NCBI GenBank assembly: GCA_963924565.1
Contig: OZ004608.1
Span: 33,418,001-33,482,000, forward strand
Direction: 5' to 3'
Length of the DNA stretch: 64,000 bases
Source: Ascidiella aspersa
Lineage: Eukaryota
The notes under the pieces were generated by a model, which ran no database searches, was not told the origin of the DNA, and saw only the letters and a list, made by a program, of their open reading frames with translations. Positions 12,399 through 25,200 of this stretch are shown piece after piece. How positions within the stretch are numbered: position 1 is the first letter of the stretch; each line of letters opens with the position of its first letter. Both the position numbers and the translations under genes were made by a program.

Positions 12399-13559
12399 TA
12401 CGTAACACCAGCGTAGTAATTGGATACCTAAGTGGCCACTCTAGCCTGTTACAAGATTTATTTGTTACAAAATAATTCTTGTGTTGTATAACATTTGGTT
12501 TTATTTCAATAAACCTATATGCAAGTGTAATCATAAATTGGAGATACTCACTCATAAGTTGAATTGAAAGATATAAATATAGATATTTGTAAAATGGACA
12601 ACAGAAATGTAATAAACACTAACTTATGCAGAACATTGACAATAAACACTACCTGTGGAATGATAAATCACTTATTACATTACCATAAAAACATTTGTTT
12701 GAACTTTATACCGAACAATATTGACCACAAACACATGAAAAGTAATAAATTTAAACTAAAAAAATATGAAGTATGCAAATTTAAACAGGCATCCAACTTA
12801 ATTAGGCAACCTGTTAAGGACCAATTAAATTAGTCAACCAACTAGGGGTTTTAACGAAATACTTTTGCAATCTAAAAGTTACAATTGGAGCAAAAATTGC
12901 CTCCATTTTAACATAACTTTTGATTGTTTCATAGGAAATCTGCATTTTAGGACCAAAAAAACAACAAGTTTCATGGTGGCGATTTGGCTACTTCCAGTCA
13001 CCATAATGCACCACATGTTTTTTACCAATCAACCAAATGTTTACAAGAACTTGTGAGCAAAATGGTTTAGCAGCATATGTCAGTAAAGCACAGCTTTTAC
13101 AGCAAACTTCAACAGCTGGCATCACACATTCCTAAAATACGTCACTTTGTTAGGTGTGAGTATGCCAAGACTGTCACATAAATAATCAGATTTGAAAAAG
13201 AATAGAAAGCAATGTGGAATCTGGCTTTCACTTATTTTATGATCATAATTGGTGATGTTATGTAGGATTTGGTAAATTGCATTTCATTTGGTAAAAATCA
13301 CATTGGTAATTGTTTGGCACATTTGACCCAAAATGCAACCTATTGCAACAAATCTTTCAACTTGGCCAGACAGCCTGGTTTCATGTTTTATACAACAAAA
13401 GACAAGGTCACTAGGTTTAAAATCTAACTCTTTCGGGCAAGGTGAAACACCAGGTTTAAACTCTAAACCGCCTAAATAACAGCTATTTTTAGGTTAATCA
13501 AAATATAACATAAACATTTTTTAAAACTGAACGCGTCTTACTCATGCTGTGTTGCTGTC

Positions 13560-14886
13560 AACTTGGTACTAAAGTAAAAGTGTATTGAACACAAATTTAT
13601 CAAGTTGCGTCCAATATAACACATTATTACTAAGTTGTTAACGGCGAGCTTTCTCTCTGCCGCTGCACACACTTGCTGCATTTCTGCTTGAAGGCCTTTG
13701 ACCCTGTCAGTTATACAACACCTGACTTGTCAAGCTGCCAATATAGCGATTTTGAACGCCATAATATTTAGCGCCAACGTCATTAAATATGGCGTCACTA
13801 TATAACTTTTTATATGTACAATATAGCACCATTTTAAAAAAACAAATTTGCATGACATTTTGGCGCCGCTAAGTTAAGCTAATGCACCGCAACTCTCACA
13901 ACAGCTATTTACTATTGCCGTGGTGTTTGCTAAGCGTTACGCCATTACGCGCTGCTGGAAAATACATAAAAAAGTATGACTCATCTCTTTTTTGCTCTCG
14001 AAAATAAACTGCACATCGCACAGCAAAAAATGAGTAAACTGACTATTCAATATAGCCTAACACCTAAACATGAACGTTTGTTAAAAGGATACTTTACACA
14101 TGTATGCTACAAAAAATACTTACCATTTGCAATATAAGAATCTAAGAAAGAGTCATTAGAAGCGAAAGCTCTATAGCCGACAGGGAGTTCCCCTTAATCA
14201 AAAATGAGATACTGCACTTTTGACTTTTTCTTGTTTAAAGTAACAACACAAACAACAAACCTATGGGAACTCATTAGTTGCTGAATGACTCACTCCTTTC
14301 TAAGCCTTACGTAAGTCCCCGATATCGGGGCAGAGCGGATATTACGCAGGTTATTAGAATTTGCGAGTCACTTTTCAACAATCTTTCATCAAATGATTAA
14401 TTAGGGAGAAGAGATGTTCAACAACTGGTTGATGCATTTTAAAGAGACGTGTTATAAACGTAGACATATTTGCAAACGTAGATTATTATGTAACCCTTAA
14501 AATAATAAAAGGATAAATATCTATTATCCAAGGATAGACTTGACAGTTATGATAAAATATGTTTGCGTAATAAATATTTGGCGCTGGTCTAGAATCCTAC
14601 CACTTTTTCCAGGGGTTTCTATTGCTTTCTTTCTTGTAATTTTAATTTTGAAAACTCTTTTCATTACTGTAAAAATATTGGCTGGATTGTATATCAGCGC
14701 CAACTATGTTTTAAATAATGTCATTTAAACTAATTTAAAGCACAGTTTTGCAACAGTTTGTAGTTTGACAACCCCTGCCAAATTTATTAAGTTAAAAAAT
14801 GTGCAGCTTTAATGACCCCCTTTTTAGTATATGTATATTATTTGATTTGATTAAACTGTCAATTCTTATTATCCATTGTTTCCTAG
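13560..14886. promoter_or_regulatory. Putative shared (bidirectional) promoter between the oxygenase (-) and WFS1 (+)
   Basis: The 5' ends diverge and the region is locally CpG-richer. Motifs: ATGGCG (YY1-like, ~13789), TGACTCA at 13977 and 14286, TTACGTAA at 14307. Confidence 0.4.
14578..14703. mobile_element. Small MITE (TGGTCTAGAATCC family)
   Basis: Inverted ends TTGGCGCTGGTCTAGAATCC...GGATTGTATATCAGCGCCAA. A related copy lies at 32486-32702. Confidence 0.55.
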
Positions 14887-14893
14887 GGTAAAA

Positions 14894-17800
14894 ATGGAAG
14901 AGTATTCTTCTGATAAATCTGATCAAAGTGACACAATGAGTGAAAGTTTGTCAAGAAAAGTTGTAAAACTCCTACAACCAGATGGTAGTTGCATGTTTCA
15001 ACATACTTTCAGCTAATTATCTAAAACTAATTTTTCGACGAAACAATAAAATCTCATTGCTTTGTTTCAGACACAGATGGATCGAGTAAAAATTCAGTGA
15101 TCAATCAACTTCATCAAAAAACTTTATCGAAACTTAAAAAGTGAATATGTTTTTATATTTTCTTCATAACCATGTGTCTTGTGTCAACATAAGTTTAGCA
15201 GTTGGCTTTCTTAATGTTATAGTAGGTCCTCTCTGGTTTTATACCCTTTTAACTATTTCCAAATAACTAAATTACAAAAGTGGCCAAGACAGATTTTCAA
15301 ATTCAATATTGCATTTGTATTTTATCCTCTTATTCTTCAAATTCACATAATTATAACTGAGTTCATCAAGTTTAAACCTGAAACTGTTATACACTTCCCA
15401 AAAAATTAACTGTGTTAGTATGTTCTGCTTGACTTTGAACATTGAAGTTGAATTAAAACAAAATTGGCACAGGGTCTCCTTAGTTTTTTATGTGTTTCTG
15501 AGAGGGCCGTTAAATATGGTGTAGCTACCAGGCATGGTATATACTAAAAGTAAGTTCTTCTGGTATTTATTTGTGTGTCGTCGCTATTATCACTTTTTAC
15601 TGAACGTTGTTTATCTCATTTTTGCTAAACAATATTCAGTAAAATGCTCCTTTTTTGTGTTGTTTACTTTGCGTGCTGTTGAGTGTGGTGTGTTATATCC
15701 CCAATGAAGGATTCCTGGATAGGGAGTCAAATATCAGACCTTACTTTCAGTATAAGAGAGTGATTGTGTGAACCATATGTTTTCTAAACGACCATAAATT
15801 CAATCATTTAATTTTTTCTAATTTTCTCAAAATTTTATAGAACCAAGGGCATTACAGACCTGAAGGAAAAGGACATCAAGGCAATCAACAAGCGGTTTAT
15901 GGAAGGACACCTGCCGAGATACAGAAAGCATCTTGTTGAATCAGAAGATAGTGAGGATGAGGATGATGATGATATCTCAGATGATGACATCACTGCTTCC
16001 AAAATGGCCACCGATAAAATGAACGAGAACGCCGGATATGTGAAGAAGGTAAGCTGTTATACTGAGATGAACAAACGATAAGTTTTTGACATAGTAAATT
16101 ACAAATATTGTATAAATTAAATTGCACTTTATAAAAGTAAACAAAACGTTCAACAAGATCATGTAAAATTTTTGAATTATTTTGCAAGCAAATAATTTTT
16201 ATTTTTTAGTTGCAAACATGTCATTTTAGGGTTTTTGACTATTTGAGGTCAAAAAAATCTTTTTTAACTGTTCTCTAGTTCTAGACAGCTATCCATAATC
16301 CATTATACATTAATTTTCTTCTCCACAATTTTTTAGTTGTTGTAGTTTGTTTTTGCAACTGTCAGACAAAGTACAGCTCTATATATTATAGTAGATGGAT
16401 CAAACTCTCGTAATTTTTTTTTTTTTGATTTTAAAAATGTTTTGCTAGAATATAAATTTTCAGTTATGAACAAGTCTAGTTATTGTGTTGGATGATTCTA
16501 GGTAAAGCATTTATTAAATAACTATTTTGCTTCTACCAATTGGTTTGCTTTACAGATGGTCGAATTTGTTGTGCAAATCACAGACAAACTGCAACGTTAT
16601 GCATTGAAGTATGTCTCGAAAGCTGGGCAAAGCTGGATGGTTTCACTGTTTCCGGCCAACCAAGTTTATACGCTGTCTCTTTTCCTGATCTACACCTACA
16701 TTCTCACCTCCAATTTCATGTCAGTTTTTGTGCCCCTGACTGTTTTAATACTGTCTTTCATAGCCCTGATCATTTCTTCAATTCGAATTCTGAGAGGTTC
16801 GTGAAATTTTTTCATACACATACGTAATACGTATGGTTGTGTGCTGTAAAATTATTATTGTTGAACCTTTATAAAATTGTTCAAGGAAATCATAGTTGAA
16901 GTTTTTAAACTGGTAAAGACCAATTTATTTGGCAATTTATCATTTGTAAAATTGTTCTTCCAGGAATTTATTATTTTAATAAATCTACTGGCGTTTCGAT
17001 AACCTACAGAAAATTTTCATCAGGGCACTGCCCACACACTTTTCCTAAAAGAACAATTTTACAATTGATACAATGCTTGGCAGCAGCAGTATATTCATTG
17101 GCAATTTATATTTGCGTTTTGTGTAGATATTGGTCTTTACAAAGTCCTAAATATGATTTCAGGTCAGCGACGCTTTAAGGAGTTTTTAGCATGGTCTGAT
17201 CTTCTTCTTTCTGTGGATGGAGCGATACATGTTGAGAAAGCCGAAGCCAACTACTTTAAAAACCACATTTCCCCGGTTCTTTCCCTGATACCGGCCGTCT
17301 CACTGGCGGTGATGTCCCTTTCAGCTGCTCCTACATATTTCGTTCCCGAAGCCCCTCTTGCTCTTATATCTCTGATTTTCTTTGCCATAAGCTGTTGGAC
17401 TTTACACAAATCTGAAGACCGTCTCTACATGCTGGCTGTAGCATGCGTAATCTTATCAACTTTAACAGAGCCATTGTACGAATTGTTGGTTCAGCATGAC
17501 AGTTCTCCATTTTCCATCGTAATCCCAGGCACTGAAACTCTTGCATTGGGAGTTTCTTTTGGTGCCCTTTTAAAAGTCTATGCCCTGATTCTGTTTCTGA
17601 GGGTGCCTTTCCAAAAAATGTACAGATGTACAGCTGTCGGATTTATGAAGAGCTCTGTTCCGTTGATCTTAATTTCACTCTGGTGGCAACTGTTTGTTCT
17701 CTTTTACAGCAAAAGCTCGTACTCTGGGTTGGTACAAACGTTTGGAGTTGTTATAATTGGTCTCATTTCACTTCCTGTATCTGGTTTTCTTCTCTTGCTC

Positions 17801-19798
17801 AACATGCTACGACTAATTTTCACGTTTAACTGGGTTTTCTTGTGTGCGACCGGTGGTTTGTTAGCAGTTTCGCTCTTTTACATTCGCATTTCAAAACAGC
17901 AGTATAGCTTTTCGGATTTGTTTGCCAAACTAAACGTTGGACCGTCTCTCCGCCTTGTAATGTACATTTTATTAGGATTTTTTGGACTGTTTCTTTTTGC
18001 GGTTCTCAAGCCCTCTGGCCTACACATCCACTCCTCTACGTTGAAAGAAGATATGTATGTTGCCGCTTGCCAACAAAAGCTAACATTTAGCAGTCACTTA
18101 TTACAGCAAGAGGCCTGTCACGAACTAAGCGGTCATCACGTTGAAAACTGGACTGGAAAAGTAGTTGACGTCAGCATTTCTTCGATTGAAAACAAGGTGA
18201 ACCGAATTATAGTATAGCGAAAACCTAACAATGTTATCCACACGAAAGTTGGTCTCCAAGTAGAAGTGTCCGTTACTTGACATTTTAATCTGATGCCAGT
18301 ACCTCATATTTTAAACTAAAGGACTGCAAAGCGGTCCGATACCAATGCCTATGCTCAAACAAGCAAGTTAGTTTAAATTAAATATTTTGAAAGTTAGTTT
18401 TGTCAGTTAATTAAACCAAAAATTTTTTTGTTAACCCACTATTTTTTGATAAATTCACCTTTCAAGGTGGATATTGCTGCATTGGGAGTCAAATCGTGGC
18501 CAAACTGCCTATATTAATTTTAGAGGAATCAATGGCACTGCATAAAGACAAATTGTATTTGATTCTCGCCATCTTTCGCACAACCGTCAAAGGATACTTT
18601 GACCTGAAGCACGGTTGTGCAAAAGCTTATCCAGAATCAAATACAATTTTTCTTTATACAGTGCCATCGATTCCTCTATTTAGAATTAGACAAATACGGC
18701 CATATACAAAGATTATATTAATTTTGTACCACCCTAGTGTCCAACAACTACTGATTCTACCAGCTTGGCATCAGGTATCGCATGCAATCCGGTGTTATCT
18801 GACATCTACAGTTCTAAGCAGAATCCACCTTTTTATATTTTTAGTAGTGGTATTTTATAATTGATAAAACTTGTTACAGGTGGAGTCAGTGGCAAATAAT
18901 CTGCCAAGCAGCTTTGCCAATTGGATTTCGTGCACATATGGGGAGGAATATCCTCAACCAGAACACTGCCAAGATTCAGAAACGAACAAATATCTGTGCG
19001 AGATGGCCAAGATAAGTGAGAGGCCTTGTCACCTAAAAAAGTACAATCGCTACAAGTTTTCTGTAACAGCATCGCTGACAAATGCTGACGATCAATCCAT
19101 AAACCTGTCTGGTCATCATAGTTTCTATGTGAGTTTTACAGTATTATATTTTATTTCGTTCATCGGATCTTGTCAAAGATACATAGACTACTGAAAAGTC
19201 TTTTTAAAACTTTGTTTTAAGTAATTTAGTTTTAAAAATTTGCAAGGATAACATTTGTTACACTGAGTTAGTTGCACAGGTTTGGAATCTATAAGTATTG
19301 GCCTTAGTTTTTGTAATTCCATTTTAATGTTTTTAAAAATTTTTTTGTCAGCCAATGTTTGTGTAATGTTACTGTCATGGTACTTGTCCACATAAACACA
19401 ATGTGTTAGACGTTTTCCTAAAATATTTCATATTACTTTGTCGTCTGATTGTAGCCAAACTTTGTTAAAATTTGAATTTTGTAAAGAAATACCAAGAAGT
19501 AGACTAAAAATTAAATCTTGACATATGCTGTATGTACCTAGTTGTATCAGTTCTTAAAGCTGACAAGTAAGTGTTGTGTATTTTCTTCCAGGAAACATTG
19601 CTGAATCTAAAACCTGAAGAGGTGATATATTTCAGCGGTGAGCTAAAGCCTGATAGTAAAACCATTATACTCAGTAATCTACAGACCTCCGATAAGTTTA
19701 ACTCAATTGACAGGGAAGAAAGCCCTTACACAACTGTTCAAACTGCCCTTCTATCCCTGTTCAAGTTTCTTTTTTACCCTGTTTTTGTCTTTGTGTAG
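14894..19798 (+). CDS. WFS1: Wolframin (WFS1) homolog, multi-pass ER membrane protein, ~699 aa
   Basis: Exons 14894-14984, 15071-15140, 15841-16048, 16556-16796, 17163-18196, 18880-19128 and 19592-19798 (2100 nt, phases consistent). Recognisable wolframin segments: AWSDLLL...VEKAEANYFKNH, several TM helices, CHELSGHHVENWTG...IEN, and the luminal Cys-rich LPSSFANWISCTYGEEYP...PCHLKKYNRYKFSVT. The three N-terminal exons are less certain than the rest. Confidence 0.88.
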
Positions 19799-22257
19799 AG
19801 GAAAAAAATTACATGCTTTGTTGAGGGTTGCACTTTTCTTTGCTTGTATATTTGCACACTTCTGCTTAGCAAATGGCTGTTTTTTCACAAATTTTCTGGT
19901 TTGAAAATGAGAAATTCATTTGCAGAACCTATTTGTTTTTTAAATTACCCACATGATTTTTGTGATTATCAATAGTACGACCTATTTTTGTTCATATTTT
20001 ATGTTTAATACAGTATCACTAAGTTTGAAGCACTTATCTTGCAGTAGAAACACATATTTGTCATGTATCTATGTAATTTGCATGAATTTTTGTTTACAAG
20101 TGTGCCTTTATGTGAAATAATTATGGTGAATGTCACCTGTATGCAAATACTGCTTTGCTTTTCTTAACTAATCGTATATGCATAGTACATTACACACGCC
20201 TTTATTGCACATATGTTTGAAACACAATGTCATTTTCTTTCGAAAAATAGCAGATACGTATTATATCTTATTCTACACTTATTGTATTTGCATATCTTCC
20301 GAATTGATTAAAAACTGTGCTATTACGAGCTTTATTTTTAAACAAGACTGCAGGAATATGAACAACTATCAATGACCTAATTTTTTTACTTACATTTTTA
20401 TTAGCACTAATTTGTTGTACTTTCTGTCAATCAAATATTTACCTGTTGCATATTGCCAATAAACAGTTTAGCAGTAGCTGATACAGTGCATTTTGATGAA
20501 ATAGATATACCAGTCTAAAAAAATATTTTCTATTAAAAGGTACCTACCATTTTTTAAAGGACTTCTATCTAGTTAAAATCCAAAATGTACACTTTAAGTG
20601 ATATTATACTTTTGACAGATATTGTAAACTTTGCATCACCTTGTCAAACCTAGTTGTACCAAACACACCAAACATTTGTTTACGGCATCCAAAGTATGCC
20701 AGAGTTATTAGTAATTTAAGGAATTGACATAAACGGTGCACTAAAAAACTCCCTTTACCATAAAAAAAAATTAACCAGATCCACCATTATTTTACTACTA
20801 GAAATTACTCCACTCAGCTTTCTACAGGACTAAACATTCCTAAGCAGGTTCTGTAATATAAATACCACTTATTTCCTAATTGTTACCCTATCATTCGTAA
20901 TTCGTCAAAAGCACATCCACATATTTTTTTTATTAAATTGGTTCCAGCAAAAAAAAGTTCGGGAACATAAAATATCTAAAATTAAATTAATTTTTACTGT
21001 GAACTACACACAAAAAAAATTGTATATTATGTGGCTACTGAGTTAAACCTTTATAAAACAAAACCACTCACGAATTGATTCAGCCGTTGTATTGAGACAT
21101 AATAATGGCAGTTCCTATTGGGAGGGAAGGGAATATTTTTGTGTTTCAACTACATAGAAATTGCCGACAGCGAACAACAGCAAAACATATATATATGTTG
21201 GCGGGTGTTTTTTTTTCATACTACACAAAATATTGGTGCAAAAATGCAGTTTGCATCGAAAGAATGCCCTTAGGGCTGTTTGTAAACAAACAAACACCAC
21301 TTGTTTAGGAAAAAATGCTACAGTGGCGCAAACAGCCCCATCAGCTGCTGCGAAGAAGCCGAAACATGAACAGGAAAGACCTGTATTGCTCGATAGGGAG
21401 GTAGAATCCTTGGGCTTTAAAATGGGAATTGTCAAAAATGCTGTCTGCAAGAGCCACTGTGCCGGGCGGCTAAAGACAGCTAAATATATTTTTTTTTCGC
21501 TGTCTGCCACATATATGGTAATACTCCTCGGGTGAAAAACACATAACGCTTATTTTCTAAATATGGGAGAATCGCTCCGCAAGGAATCATAAAAAATTAT
21601 GCAGTAATATTTTTTGACAAGAAAAAGATACACGCACAGAAAATGGAAACACAAATAAACAGATTTGATGAACTTGTTCGTTTTTCGCCGAGATAGGCAC
21701 CAAATGAGAATGAAGAAAATTTGAATAACCAATGGCACAGCCTTGTAATTACTTTTCCCAGGACCAGGAGATGTTTAATTACTTTGTGCAGAATTATAAC
21801 GAGCGGGTGAACACATAAAGTACCACATACAAGTAACAGCCGTAAATATGTTGCAGTGAGAGGAATTTTGCACAAAACTTGAAGGGGTTGCTTGAACTTT
21901 TAAGTTTAGAAGGGCAGTAAACTGTTGTACACATTGCCTCGTTTTTATAAAACAGAAAACCGTATTTGTAAAAAGAAAAACTGCACTATTGCAAGACCCA
22001 ACTACGCAAACCGTTTTTGAGGCCGAGGCGTGGACACGGTGACAGCTAGATTAACTCTCTAGCGAAAGTTATAGCACTAAAAAAAATATAATTAGTTAAT
22101 TAGAACTAACAGTAAATGGCAATCACTTTCTGGGATTTTAAACAGGCTTTGAACACGCCGCACCCTGTTTGGTTGTGGCAGGTTTTTGTAACTGGAAAGT
22201 GTTCTTTCAAAAGCAGCCTTCGTTTTTTTTTAAGCACAGTTACCAAAAAAGGGTTGT

Positions 22258-25200
22258 TTAGGATGTGTGCATGGCAGATGTGTTACTGTCAAAAATGTAC
22301 AGATTGTTTGTGGCGGCCACTGCAATGATACGGTCCTTGGGGTGCCAGGCAGTGTGCAGAATCTTCCGGTTAAAGTCGAGACTGTCGACGCTAACCTCGT
22401 CTTTTTTACGTTTGCCTCCCTGGTTGACCTGAAGCAAAGGAGAACACTTCTTGTAACATAAAATTTAAAAAAATTCTCGGCAGAATAAGAAATCAGACAA
22501 CGAAAAATGTAAGGCAGTGGTTTCCAAGTTAAAACCTTAATATGTGTTGTTCACTTGCAATTTTTTTTTTTAATGATTTATGGCCCCTTGCAATGAAAAT
22601 GAAAAAAATACGGCATTACATAAGAATGATTTACATTGAAAAAAAAAAAAAAACACATTAATGTTGACTAATATTATAGCAAAGTTTATTAGGATTGGAT
22701 AGCTTCGCTTTATTCTATTTACTTATTTTGGTTGGGCTACGGACTAAAAAGTATTTATTAAAACTGACAGCTCACTAAAAACCATCTATAGGTATATCTG
22801 GTCATTGAGGTGGACAGAAAGGAACAAATGTGATGACTGCTTCGATACTTAAATAATCTTTCTTAATATGTATAATAACATTTTTGTGTTGTTTTTCAAA
22901 ATGAAAAAATGCCTACAATTAAATACTACACATGTTAAAGCGCCAGCAGCATATTAAATTTTGGGGACTGTCAGCCAAGACTGAGTAACCCCTATAAGTT
23001 TAAATTAGAAGCTTTGAAACTCTTAAAAGTTGATGACATGAGTTTTTAAATGACTGGCGTGATTTAAGCTTTTTGAAAAGTGTTTTCGTTTAACATTTTC
23101 GACTAAATTTGGGTATTTATGCCAATTTTTGCACCTAAAACAATTATCTTGCTTTAGGTTCAGTTTTCTATTTTCAGTTTAGTTATTGCTTGTATAAGCC
23201 ATGTTTACCAAATTTATAGTTTAATGTTTTATTTGAATATCAATGACTTGGAGTTGACCTGTTTTTATAATGACTTGGGACTGGGTCTTGACCGATTACT
23301 TACAACACTGCTTAGAGATTAGTAAACTGCTCAGCAATTTCATACCATAAGAAAATGTAAGATATTCGAAGGTCAAGTGTTAGGCAAGCTTCGGAAATGA
23401 TCATATTTGCCAGTCACGAATAGGCTCAGTTGTTTTAACCAAGGGCTTATATAAATGAAAGTGGGAAATCATCTCAATGGAAAGATGAAATTATAAATGG
23501 TTGAGGTTGTTACCTTTTTGGGCTTTAGCAGGGCCCTGGGCCGACTGTTCTCTCTTGACGCTTCTAATGTTACATCTCGTTTTGAGTTGCAGTCGAAAAT
23601 ACGGAAGAAGTTGTTGTACGATCCGGTCATAATTGCACTAAACACAAAATCAAAGTTACACAAAATGAACTCTAGCCAACCTAGCCAACCAACTATTATT
23701 TTAACTATGTTTGTGACAAGCCAAGGTACCTGTCCGTGCCATTCCAGCAACATTCAAACTTGTCAAAGATACAGTCGTTTTCATAGAGGGAACAGAGCTT
23801 GCTTCGAAGATACTCATGGACCTTGGAAAATTGAAACATTTTCTAATTTAAATGGTCGTTTAGTGGATTAGCAAAGCAAGAGCAACTACTATTTACCAGA
23901 TTTATGTTTTGGTTGCTACTAGTATAATAAACAGTTCAAGACTTTTAACGAAACATGTAAAATATATATTAAGTTAAAATGTTTTATACAAAGAATAGAA
24001 CAGCTATATAAAAGGCTAGTTGTATAAATGAGTAATTGATGATTGCAGTAAATGGTTGTTTAGTGGTTCAGCAAATCAAGAGCAACACTACTATTTGTCA
24101 AAGTTATGTTTTGGTTGCTACCAGTATAATAAACACTATAAACAGTTCAATACTTTCAACAAAACGTGTAAAATATATGTTTAGTTAAAGGTTTTATGCA
24201 AAAAAATAAAGGCTAGTTTAAAAAGTATAAAAGAGTAATTGAACACACATTAACTTGCTGTGGCTGTGTAGTTTGTATAAACCTAACTTAGGTAAAAGCG
24301 GCTTTGCATAAATTCTTTCTTTTTTCAAATATACCTAGCACACACTGCAAAGCTTTTGCTGTGGTGTTACCTGGAACGATTCGACCGGCTTGTTTTCCAT
24401 GTTCAGGTCCCACACCTTGACGGAGAGATAATCTCGGGTGATCATGTAACGGCCACTGTTGCTGAACTTGACATCACTAATGGAAGAAATGATCTCCGAG
24501 AAGAAGGACCGACTGTTTGGGTCTTCTGGCTCCTCGAAGACTACACAAGACAAATTACAAAATTTCTAGTTGAAAAAAATATTGGGTTTCAAAAATGCGT
24601 CTGCTTTGGTGCTTTATTCTGTGCTTTAATATGTATGGATACCATGCATTGGTTTCAAACAACTATTTTTGCTGCAGGTAACAAAATTTAACAATCAATT
24701 GATTATTTTGGTGTTTACAACCTTTTTATGATTATGACACCTTTGAAATAACAAATAGATAGTGACAGTCCTACTACAGTTCAGTGGTTTGATGTAAAAG
24801 TACTATACACAGAACTGGAACAACACAATGGAAAAAATATTATTTGATTTATTGAAACGTTTCATTATGTTGTGCCCACTCTAATTTTTCACAGGGGTGC
24901 TTAACAATGTCGCAGCACCCTGGTTGGGAACCACTGGTTTAGATATAGGAAAAATCACAACAGAACCACACTTGTTGTCAGTATGAAACACATTGTTATC
25001 AGTATGTATCACTTTTAACCTAGTTAGCTTTAAAAAAAGTGTGACAAAATCAAATGTCAAATACCACCAATTTTATATAAAACAACATTATTTCTTAAGA
25101 CTGTTTATTAAGAGTGTACATTGCAACTTTTTAAACTTTGATATGCTTGATTTCTGGATAAATATTATCTATTACCACTCAACCATATTTCATCTCTTAG

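Noticed and set aside
18496-18864. 122-aa ORF
   Set aside because: It lies in a WFS1 intron beside a degraded MITE remnant, has a non-ATG start, and shows no recognisable protein features.
21105-21875. Overlapping 60-130 aa ORFs
   Set aside because: They lie in the probable PPP2R2 3'UTR, with no splice structure or domain.
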